Assembly (NCBI RefSeq): GCF_044704955.1
Contig: NC_091985.1
Span: 108,872,001-108,936,000 of the forward strand
Source: Pristiophorus japonicus
Taxonomy: Eukaryota
DNA length: 64,000 nucleotides
Reading direction: 5' to 3'
Below are positions 37,972-49,200 of this stretch, in pieces. Position 1 is the first letter of the stretch, and each line of letters opens with the position of its first letter. The notes under the pieces are model-generated. The model was given only the letters and a program-made list of their open reading frames with translations, ran no database searches and was not told where the DNA came from. The translations under genes and the position numbers were made by a program.

Positions 37972-39070
37972 AACATAAGAACATAAGAATTAGGAACAGG
38001 AGTAGGCCATCTAGCCCCTCGAGCCTGCTCCGCCATTCAATAAGATCATGGCTGATCTGGTCATGGACTCAGCTCCACTTACCCGCCCTCTCCCCGTAAC
38101 CCTTAATTACCTTATTGGTTAAAAATCTATCTATCTTTGATTTGAAAACATTCAATGAGCTAGCCTCAACTGCTTCCTTGGGCAGAGAATTCCACAGATT
38201 CACAACCCTCTGGGAGAAGAAATTCCTTCTCAACTCGGTTTTAAATTGGCTCCTCCGTATTTTGAGGCTGTGCCCCCTAGTTCTAGTCTCCCCTACCAGT
38301 GGAAACAACCTCTCTGCCTCTATCTTGTCTATCCCTTTCATGATTTTAAATGTTTCTATAAGATCACCCCTCATCCTTCTGAACTCCAACGAGTAAAGAC
38401 CCAGTCTACTCAATCTATCATCATAAGGTAACCCCCTCATTTCTGGAATCAGCCTAGTGAATCGTCTCTGTACCCCTTCCAAAGCTAGTATATCCTTCCT
38501 TAAGTAAGGTGACCAAAACTGCACGCAGTACTCCAGGTGCGGCCTTACCAATACCTTATACAGTTGCAGCAAGAACTCCCTGCTTTTGTACTCCATCCCT
38601 CTCGCAATGAAGGCCAACACTCCATTCGCCTTCCTGATTACCTGCTGCACCTGTAAACTAACCTTTTGGGATTCATGCACAAGGACTCCCAGGTCCATCT
38701 GCACCACAGCATGTTGTAATTTCTCCCCATTCAAATAATATTCCCTTTTACTGTTTTTTTTCCCAAGGTGGATGACCTCACACTTTCCGACATTGTATTC
38801 CATCTGCCAAACCTTAGCCCATTCGCTTAACCTATCCAAATCTCCTTGCAGCCTCTCTGAGTCCTCTACACAACCCGCTTTCCCACTAATCTTAGTGTCA
38901 TCTGCAAATTTTGTTGCACTACACTCTGTCCCCTCTTCTAGGTCATCTATGTATATTGTAAACAGTTGTGGTCCCAGCACTGATCCCTGTGGCACACCAC
39001 TAACCACTGATTTCCAACCGGAAAAGGACCCATTTATCCCGACTCTCTGCTTTCTGTTCGCCAACCAACC
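37972..39070 (-). mobile_element. Young 5'-truncated CR1 inserted antisense into the older CR1, candidate TSD AGAAG
   Basis: ORF 38069..39112 is open to the stop codon. Highly similar to 14798-15900. AGAAG at 37967-37971 and 39071-39075. Confidence 0.95.
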
Positions 39071-40870
39071 AGAAGGGCAAAGAGAATATGAGAATAGATT
39101 AGCAGCTAACATAAAAGAGAATTTAAAAGTCTTCTATGGACATATAAATAATAAATGGGTAGTAAGAGGAGGGGTGGGGTTGATTAGGGAACAAAAAGGA
39201 AATCTACACGTGGAGGCAGAGAGTATGGCTGAGGTACTAAATGAGTACTTTGCATCTGTCTTCACCATGGAAGAAGATGCTTCCAAAGTCATAGTGACAG
39301 AGGAGGTAGTGGAGATACTGGATGAGATAAAAATTGATAAAGAGGAGGTACTAGAAAGGCTGGCTATACTTAAAGCTGATAAGTCACCAGGACCAGATGG
39401 GATGCATCCTAGGATGCTGAGGGAGGTTAAAGAGGAAATGGCAGATGTACTGGCCATAATCTTCCATAGATACGGGGTTGATGCCAGAGGACTGGAGAAT
39501 TGCAAATGTTACACCCTTGTTCAAAAAAGATGTAAGGATAAACCCAGCAACTACAGACCAGTCAGTTTAACCTTGGTAGTGGGGAAACTTTTAAAAATGC
39601 TAATCAGGGACAAAGTTAACAGTCACTTGGACAAGTGGGGATTAATTATGGAAAATTGTGTTCAACTAATTTGATTGAGTTTTTTGATGAGGCAACAGAG
39701 AGGGCTGATGAGGGCAATGCGGTTGATGTGGTGTACATGGACTTCCAAAAGACGTTTGATAAAATGCCACCTAATAGGTTTGCCAGCAAAGTTGAATCCT
39801 ATGGAATAAAAGGGACAGTGGCAGCATGGATACAAGTGACAGGAAACAGAGAGTAGTGGTGAACGGTTGTTTTTCGGACTGGAGGAAGGTATACAGTGGT
39901 GTTCCCTAGGGGTCAGTACTGGGACCTCTGCTTTTCTTGATATATGTTAATAACTTAGACTTTGGAGTACTGGGCACAATCTTAAAATGTGCAGATGACA
40001 CAAAACTTGGAAGTATAGTGAACAGTGAGGAGGATAGTGATAGACATCAGGAAGATAAAGCCAGGCTGGTGGAACAGGCGGACACATGGCAGATGAAATT
40101 TAATGCAGAAAAGTGTGAAGTGATACATTTTGGTAGGAAGAATGAGGAGAGACAACATAACCTAAAGGGTGCAATCCTAAAGTGGGTAGGTGAACAGAGA
40201 GACCTGGGGGTATAGGTGCACAAATCGTTGAAGGTGGCAGGGCAAGTTGAGAAAGTAGTTAAAAAAGCATACGGGAATCTGGGCTTCATAAATAGAGGCT
40301 TTGGTCTAGAAATTCGCCTGCTTTGCGCCTCCTATTAGTGCCTCCAGGGGGCAATAACAGGGCGCTACCGGCTTTGCGACGAGGCACGGCGAGAGTACCG
40401 CCACCTGCGAACGTCCCATCGAGGTTTGCGGCTGTGGTAACCCCGAGCGCCACAATCTCCTGTGCTCAGAGATCGTGACATCATCATGCTGCGCATCACC
40501 CTGGTAGGGTTCCAGACCCGAACTTCGGTTTTGCCCACTGCCGGGTGACAACACTGACAGATGCAGGTGGCATTGTTCGGGAGGCTGGACGCTTCAGGGG
40601 TGATGATTAAAGGGGATGATGTTTGCGGGGGGTGGAAATTTGTTGACATGCCTAACATGATTTTCATGATTTTCTTGGGCCGGGATCAATCAGCCCTGCA
40701 CTCTGCTAGAGTGCTTGAAGCTGATCGATGTGGATCACAGTTGCCGTCGGCGACAAGGTACCTCTTTTCATTGCAGAGCCTGCAGCAATGGCCCTTCCCT
40801 TTTGAGGGAGTGAAGGAACCTCCGTTCCTGGCAGTGCTGGCCTCGACATTGGGCAGCCCTGCATCAGTAC

Positions 40871-43800
40871 TGTCCTATATGTATACTCTGTGTATATACT
40901 ATGCTGGTACCACTAGAGGGTGCAACTGTGGGAGGCCCAGGCAAGAGCTGTATAAAAGGCTGGTCACCACGTGGTGAAGGGCTGCAGACAATAAAGAGAC
41001 TAAGGTCACAGCAGTTCAAGCACAGCACTAGGCCTCGTGGAGTTATTCTACAGATAAGTAGAGACATATTAATCGGTGACGAGTACAGATCACGGACTTA
41101 CACGCAGAGATGGCTGCCATTGGTAGTTTTGAAAAGTTTACAAAGGGTGAATGAAGCCTTTACTCGGGTTTCGCTGTCCAGGTATCGCTTCTACACATAC
41201 CGCCGCACCGAGGGCCAGGATTTAGCAGAACATGTCGCAGACCTACGAAGGCTCGCGAAACCGTGCAAATTTGGCAAACTCCTCAACAATGTGTTGCGGG
41301 ATGTTTTCGCGACAGAACGGGACGAGACGTGAAGCGGACTATCATCTTAAGCCAGGCGTTCACGACCTCAACGTTGAGATTCTCCCAGAATCAAAACTCA
41401 CTGGCAAGTACTGTGCAGAAAATAACTGTTGATCAAAGAATTAGTCCAACTCAGAGTCTGCCAAGCGGTGTAAATGTGAATCGTTTAACATGCTGGGGTT
41501 GCGGGGGTAACCATGGGCCCAGCTGTGTCGATTCAGACACTATGTGTGCAAAGGCTGCGGCCAAAAGCGCCACCCACAGCGAATGTGCAGAAGAACTGCG
41601 ACTCAAAATGTGGCAGAGGAGTCGGCAGGATGGTTCCGATCCAGCAAGGGTCATAAAGTACAAGCTAGAGAGGCGACTCAGTCCAAGGAAGCAATGCACG
41701 GGGTGCACACCTTCACTACCAAAAGCCCCCCCATGATGATGAAAGTCAAGATTAATGGCAATCCTGTTTCCATGGAGTTGGACATGGGGGTGAGTCAGTC
41801 ACTTATGAGCCAGAAGGCATTTGAGAGGCTGTGGGGCAACAAAGAACAAGCTGAGCCCGATTCAGATAAAGCTGCGCACCTACACCAAGGAACTGATCCC
41901 AGTTATCGGCAGTGCGAACGTAAAAGTATCCTATGATGGAAAGATACACGAATTGCCACTGTGGGTTGTACCAGGCGACGGGCCAACACTGCTTGGCAGA
42001 AGCTGGATGGGGAAGATTCAGTGGAACTGGGAAGACGTCAAAGCATCATCTTCAGTGGACGATGCTTCTTGTGCTCAAGTGTTGAGCAAGTTCCCATCCT
42101 TATTTGAACCAGGCATCAGCACCAAAGTGCAGATCCACTTGGTCCCCGAGGCACAGCCTGTTCATCACAAGGCTCGAGCGGTCCCTTATATGAGGAGGGA
42201 GAAAGTGGAGATCGAACTGGACAAACTTCAATGCGAGGGAATCATATTACCAGTTGAATTCAACGAGTGGGCCAGCCCGATTGTTCCGGTACTAAAGAGC
42301 AATGGCACAGTCAGAATCTGCGGTGACTATAAGGTAACGATCAACAAAGTTTCATTACAGGACCAGTACCCTCTACCCAAAGCCGATGATCTCTTTGCGA
42401 CATTAGCAGGAGGAAAGGCATTCACCTAGCTGGATCTAACCTCCGCTTACATAACCCAGGAGCTGGCTGAGTCGTCGAAAAAATTAACGTGCATTAACAC
42501 ACACAAGGGACTGTTTTTGTATCACAGGTACCCGTTCGGGATCCGCTCGGCTATAGCCATCTTCCAAAGGAACATGGAGAGTCTGTTGAAATCGGTTCCA
42601 CACACCGTTGTATTTCAGGATGACATCCTAATCACTGGTCGCGACATCACCGAACACCTGCACAACCTGCAGGTTTTAAGTCGACTAAACAGAGTCGGAC
42701 TCCGACTGAAATGATCCATGTGTGTCTTCCTGGCGCCAGAGGTAGAATTCCTGGGGAGAAAGATTGCAGCAGACGGCATCAGGCCCATGGACTCGAAGGC
42801 AGAGGCCATCAAGAATGCACCCAGACCATGAAATGTAATGGAGCTGCGCTCGTTCCTGGGACTCCTCAACTATTTCGGTAACTTTCTTCCAGGGTTGAGC
42901 ACTTTGCTCGAACCGTTGCACAAGTTGCTACGCAAGGGAGACGACTGGGTTTGGGGTTAAAATCAAGAGGCTGCCTTCAAAAAGGCCAGAAACTTGCTGT
43001 GTTCGAACAAGTTGCTTGTATTGTATGACCCAGGTAAACGTTTAGTTTTAGCATATGACGCGTCGTCGTACGGTGTCGGGTGTGTTTTACAGCAAGCAAA
43101 TGTAGCGTGCAAACTCCAACCGGTTGCATATGCATCTAGAAGTCTATCCAAGGCCGAAAGAGCCTACAGTATGGTCGAGAAGGAGGCTTTGGCCTGTGAT
43201 TATGGGGTAAAAAAAATGCACCAGTATTTGTTTGGACTTAGGTTCGAGTTAGAAACCGACCACAAGCCCCTAATCTCACTGTTTTCAGAAAGCAAAGGCA
43301 TAAACACCAATGCTTCATCGCGAATCCAAAGATGGGCACTGTCGGCCTGCGATTATACGATCTGCCACAGGCCTGGCACTGAGAACTATGCCGATGCCCT
43401 CAGCCGGCTACCGTTGCCACCACTGGGGTAGAAATGGCCAGCAGACCTATGCCTGGCCATGGATGTCTTCTAAACTGAAGGGTCACCCGTAACGGCCTGC
43501 CAGATCAGGACCTGGATCAACCAGGACCCCGTGTTATCTCTTGTAAAAAGTTGCACCCTCAATGGGGGCTGGTCAGCGGTCCCAAGAGAAATGCAAGACG
43601 AGATAAAGCCATTTCACCGTCGTAAAGACGAAATGTCCACCCAATCGGATTGCCTCTTATGGGGCAACCACGTCGTCCTGCCAAAAAAAGGCAGGGCAAC
43701 CTTCATATGCGACCTACACAGTACCCACCCAGGCATAGTTATGATGAAGGCTATTGCCAGGACCCATATCTGATGGCCCGGAATTGACTCAGACTTGTAA

Positions 43801-45046
43801 TCATGTGTGCGCCAGTATAACACTCGCTTACAATTAAGCAATGTCCCCAGGGAGGCTCCACTCAGTCTGTGGTCCTGGCCCTCAAAACCATGGTCCAGGA
43901 TCCACGTAGATTATGCGGGCCCCTTTCTAGGAAAAATGTTCTTCATTGTAGTGGACGCCTATTCTAAGTGGATCGAATGTGTAATAATGGCATCCAGCGC
44001 GTCCACCGCCACTATTGAAAGCCTCAGGACCATGTTCGCCACCCATGGCTTGCCCGACATTCTGGTCAGCGACAACGGTCCGTGTTTCACCAGCTCGGAA
44101 TTCAATGAATTCATGACCCGCAATGGCATCAAGCATGTCAGGTCTGTCCCGTTCGAGCCCGCATCCAACAGCCAAACTGAGCGGGCAGTCCAAACCATAA
44201 AGCAGAGCTTGAAACTGGTCTTGGAAGGCTCCTTACAAACCCACCTATCCCGGGTGCTGATCAAATACAGGACACGACCCCACTTGCTTACCGGGGTTCC
44301 CCCTACGGAGTTACTAATGAAATGTGCACTCAAAACCAGGCTCTCCTTAGTCCACCCTGACCTCAACGATCAGTTGGAAACCAGGCGTTATCGACAAAAC
44401 ATGTACCATGATCGCGGGGCTGTATCACGCGACATCACTGTAAATGACCCGGTGTTTGTGCTGAATCACGGTCATGGCCCCAAATGGGTCGCTGGCACTG
44501 TTTTCGCCAAGGAGGGCAATAGAGTGTTTGTTGTCAAACTGCTTAACGGACAAACGTGCAGAAAGCATTTGGACCAGACCAAATTGCAATTTACAGGTAA
44601 TCAGGAACTACCAGGAGAGGACCTTACCTTCAGCGATCCACCTTCAAACATCCAATCAGCAACAGACCTAGCTGCCAACCACGAGGATGATCCCACCATC
44701 TCCAACAGTCCAGTTGGACCAACAGCGCTGCAAGACAGCAGTGGCCCAACCAACTCACCCATGCCAGAAGTGACACTCAGACGATCAACCAGAGAGCGCA
44801 GAGTTCCAGATCGCCTCAACCTGTAACTAAGTCGCATCAAAGACTTTGGGGGCAATGTTGTCACATATGTATATTCTGTGTATATACTATACTGGTACCA
44901 CTAGAGGGTGCAACTGTCGGAGGCCCAGGCAGGAGCTGTATAAAAGGCTGGTCACCACGCGGTGAAGGTCTGCAGACAATAAAGAGCAGTTCAAGCACAG
45001 CACTAGGTCTCGTGGAGCTATTCTGCAGATAAGTAGAGACATATTA
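40871..45046 (+). mobile_element. Gypsy LTR retrotransposon (LTRs 40871-41071 and 44859-45046)
   Basis: Paired LTRs with TATAAAA and AATAAA. PBS-like CGGTGACGAG at ~41074. PPT GGGGGCAA. TSD not clean. Confidence 0.93.
41110..44826 (+). pseudogene. pol: Gypsy gag-pol, gag partly deleted, many stops and frameshifts
   Basis: Motifs RYRFYT, CWGCGGNH, ELDMGVS, RICGDYK, FQDD, YDASSYG, ETDHKPL, HVDYAGP, SDNG. Confidence 0.92.
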
Positions 45047-46262
45047 GAGACATACTACCCCTCCTGCGTGCTTCAGCACTCCAAGGGAAGTGGTAGCATT
45101 TGATTTAGCATTCCATTTTCTTCTTGGAGGTGCTAAATGGAAAGTTCTCATCGAGTGCCTCACGTAGCACTCGGCGATACTTTAGCGCCACCGTAAAAGT
45201 TATCGCCCCAAACGGGACGCTGTGCAATTTCTTCCCCATTGAGAACAAAAGCAAGAAAGTTATGATGAATATTTCTAAAACACTGGTTCAGCCTCAACTG
45301 GAGTATTGTGTCCAATTGTGGGCACCACACTTTAGGAAGGATGTGAAGGCCTTAGAGAAGGTGCAGAAAAGATTTACGAGAATGACCCAAGGGCTGAGGG
45401 ACTTTATGTGGATAGACTTGAGAAGCTGGAATTGTTCTCCTTAGAGCAGAGAAGGTTAAGAGGAGATTTGATAGGGTCTAGACAGAGTAGATAAAGAGAA
45501 ACTGTTCACATTGGTGGAAGGGTCGAGAACCAGAGGACACAGATTTAAAGTCATTGGCAAAAGAACCAACATCGGCATGAGGAAAAACTTTTTCCCGCAG
45601 TGAATGGTCAGGATCTGGAATGCACTGCCTGAAAGGATGGTGGAGCCAGATTCAATTGTGGCTTTCAAAAGGGAATTGGATAAGTGCCTGAAAGAAATAT
45701 AATATGCAGGGCTACAGGGAAAGGATGGTGGAGTGGGACTAGCTGAAGAGTTCTTGCAGAGAGCCGGGATAGGCTCGACGGGCCAAATGGCCTCCTTCTG
45801 TGCTGTAACTATTCTATGATTCTATAACAACCAGTTGGTTGTTTATGCATTGATAATGAATGGCGAGGAATAGCACTGCTTTTATCACATCAGTAATCCT
45901 GCTGAGTTTCACCACAAAAAGAAAAGACAATTGATTCAGTCGTATTTCTTACAGTGTGTTGCCTCTGGAATACATTGTTGGCTGGTGTGCTGAGAGCTGA
46001 CTCTCTGTATGTCTTCAAGAGTGAGCTGGACTAATTCTTGACTAGGGCAGATGTTGTGTTCATACTCTATTTATTTGTTATAGCTCAATGGACGGGCATT
46101 AGGACCCTGCGAGAACTATTCACAGTTGCTGTACTCATGCTGGTTCATGCCGGTTTGGGACTCCATTTTGGGTTGTATGAAAGCAGAGTTAAGTTAAGTT
46201 ATATTTCTCCTGGCTCAGTTTGTCAGTTATTTACACGTACACAACATAATTTGGTGATGAGG

Positions 46263-49200
46263 ATGACTCAAATTAACCTTCCTACACTCCAGCCTTTCAT
46301 TTCCACACCCAGGGACCCTCCAATTCCGTAGCCAAGTTGGATAAAACGTTTTTTGACCTACATCTCGGTGAGTGGGTTAGATGGTAACAACGTAACAGCA
46401 GCTCACCGCCGTGCAATACTTATCCACTGCCTCAGCATTGAAGGCCAGCGCATCTTTGGCCAAATCGAAGACACGGAGTCCTACGACAAAATGGAAATTG
46501 CAACCGGTTGCTTATGCATCCAGAAGTTTGTTTAAGGCTGAGTGAGCCTACAGTATGATCGAAAAAGAAGCGTTAGCTTGTGTTTACGGGGTAAAGAAAA
46601 TGCATCAATATTTGCTCGAGCTCAAATGGAAATTGGAAACCGACCATAAGCCGCTTATATCCCTCTTTTCTGAAAATAAGGGGATAAACACGAATGCATC
46701 GGCCTGCATCCAGAGATGGCCACTCACGTTGTCCGCATACAACTACACCATCCGCCACAGGCCAGGCACAGAAAACTGTGCCGATGCTCTCAGTCGGCTG
46801 CCATTGCCCACCACCGGAGTGGAGATGGCACAGCCCGCAGATTTAGTTATGGTAATGGAAGCATTCGAGAGTGAGCAATCACCTGTTACCGCCCGACAGA
46901 TTAGAACCTGGGCGAGCTAGGACCCCTTACTGTCCTTAGTAAAAAACTGTGTGCTCCACGGCAGTTGGTCTGGTGTCCCGTTAGAAATGCAGGAAGAAAT
47001 AAAGCCGTACCAGCAGCGCAAAGATGAAATGTCTATACAGGCAGATTGCCTCCTATGGGGCAATCGGGTAGTTGTGCCAAAAAAGGGCAGGGACACTTTC
47101 ATTAGTGATCTCCACAGCACCCACCCAGGCAATGTAATGATGAAAGCGATAGCCAAATCCCACGTGTGGTGGCCCGGTATCGATGCAGACTTAAGAGTCC
47201 TGTGTGCACAAATGCATTACATGTTCCCAGTTAAGCAATGCACCCAGGGAGGCATCATTAAATTTATGGTCTTGGCCCTCCAAACTGTGGTCTAGGGTTC
47301 ATGTTGACTATGCAGGCCCATTCTTGGGAAAAATGTTCCTTGTGGTTGTAGATGCGTACTCCAAATGGATTGAATGCATGATAATGTCGGCAAGCACGTC
47401 CGCTGCCACCATTGAAAGCCTACGGGCCATGTTTGCCACGCATGGCCTGCCTGATGTCCTTGTAAGTGACAATGGGCCATGCTTTACCAGTGCCGAATTC
47501 AAGAAATTCATGACCCGCAATGGGGTCAAACATGTCACATCTGTCCCGTTTAAGCCAGCGTCCAACAGTCAGGCAGAACGAACAGCTCAAACAATCAAAC
47601 AGAGTTTGAAAAGGGTAACTTAAGGCTCACTGCAGACTCACTTATCCCGAGTCCTGCTTAGTTACCGCACAAGACCCCACTCACTCACCGGGGTCCCTCC
47701 CGCTGAACTGCTCATGAAAAGAGCACAAGACAAGGCTCTCGCTAGTCCACCCTGATCTACACGAACAGGTAGAGAGCAGGCGGCTTCAATAGAATACATA
47801 TCATAATCGCACAAATGTGTCACGCAAAATTGAAGTAAATGATCCTGTATTTGTGTTGAACTATGGACAAGGTCCCAAGTGGATTGCTGGCACTGTTTTG
47901 GCCAAAGAGGGGAGTAGGGTGTTTGTGGTCAAACTTGCAAATGGACTCACCTGCAGAAAACACTTGGACCAAACCAAACTCAGATTTACGGACTATCCAG
48001 AACAACCCACAATAGACTCGACCTTTCTCGACCCTCCAACACAGACACAAGTGGCATGCGACCCAGCGGTTGACCACGAAGCAAAACCCATCACCCGCAG
48101 CAGCCCAGCAGGACTCACCACCCACAGCAGTCCAGCAAGTCCAGCTGCGCAGCAGCCCAGCGAAGGCCCAACAAACGACTCACCAACACCAGCATTTGCA
48201 CCGAGACGATCAACCAGGGAAAGGAAGGCCCCAGATCGACTCACATTGTAAATAGTTACACTATTGACTTTAGGGGGGGGGGGGGGAGTGTTGTTATGTA
48301 CGTAAACCTGTAATTACCATGTCTAACCACCAGAGGGCTTATCCCCTGTAGTCCCAAGGGATCCCACAATCCCTTGGGAGCACCTGTATATAAGGAGGCC
48401 TCACAGGCTGGAGAGACACTCTGAGATTTGTAATAAAGGACTACGGTCACACTTACTTTGAGCTTGCAGTATCTAGTCTGACTCTTTATCCAAGACATAA
48501 CAGGAACGGTGAACCAATCAAACAGTATATCATTTCATTAACTGAACTGGCCTCCAGGTGTAACTTTGGGGCACTCACAGAGGAAATGATCAGAGATCAA
48601 ATGATTGAGAAAACAACGATCCCCGCATTCGGGAACGCTAGCTAATGGAGGATGACAAATTGACATTAGACAAAGCAACTAATTTGGCAATTCAAATCGA
48701 ATCAGCACTTTCCGATTCAAAAGCGATCGGATTCCCTGCTCCCTCTGTGCATCAGACTGCAGCTACAGCCCATGTGCAAGGCGTTCGTCTAAAGTGGAAA
48801 TCACAGCAGAGACCCAGGGCTAGTAATAAACCACTCACTACAGATCGCGGGCTTAACTTCCACTGTTTTAACTGTGGGGACAAATCACATTCAGTAAAGT
48901 GTCCTAACTGCCCTGCACGTGAGAAGAAATGCTCTGCATGTGGTAAAATGAACCATTTTGCAAGTGCCTGTCGCTCATCGCAGCATATTCGACATGTGGA
49001 CAACCCGGATAGTGATGAACCCAGTACGGTTTACACCGTTAGTGATATTTTGCACATCGGTTCAGGTAGATTCAAGGACTGTGACATAAGCATTGACAAC
49101 ATGCCCTGCTGCCTCCTCATTGACCTTGGAACCAAAGTCTCCAAGTTGAGCGAGGCTGTGTACAAAACCAACTTCACGCACTGTCAACTGCATGTCGCAA

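Larger units (their letters stand above)
40303..45237. mobile_element. Harbinger-type MITE (~760 bp without its nested Gypsy) inserted in CR1
   Basis: Ends GGTCTAGAAATTCG and CAATTTCTTCCCC, with 3-bp flanks TTT/ATT. The CR1 sequence AATAGAGGC..GAGAACAAAAGC rejoins across it. Confidence 0.75.
37130..45826 (+). mobile_element. Degraded CR1 LINE ORF2 plus 3' UTR, in pieces 37130-37971, 39071-40302 and 45238-45826
   Basis: Motifs ESIWLEL, LGNSDH, KSPGPDG, NYRPVSLT, DFQKTFD, CADDTK, QPQLEYC. Tail GGGCCAAATGGCCTCCTTCTGTGCTG...ATTCTATGATTCTA. Confidence 0.9.

Noticed and set aside
38772-39674. 300-aa plus-strand ORF as a novel protein
   Set aside because: Chance fusion of the antisense frame of the inserted CR1 with the host CR1 ORF2 at 39071.
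48273-48286. Poly-G tract (and poly-C at ~20369-20378) as a special structure
   Set aside because: These are the polypurine tracts adjacent to Gypsy 3' LTRs.
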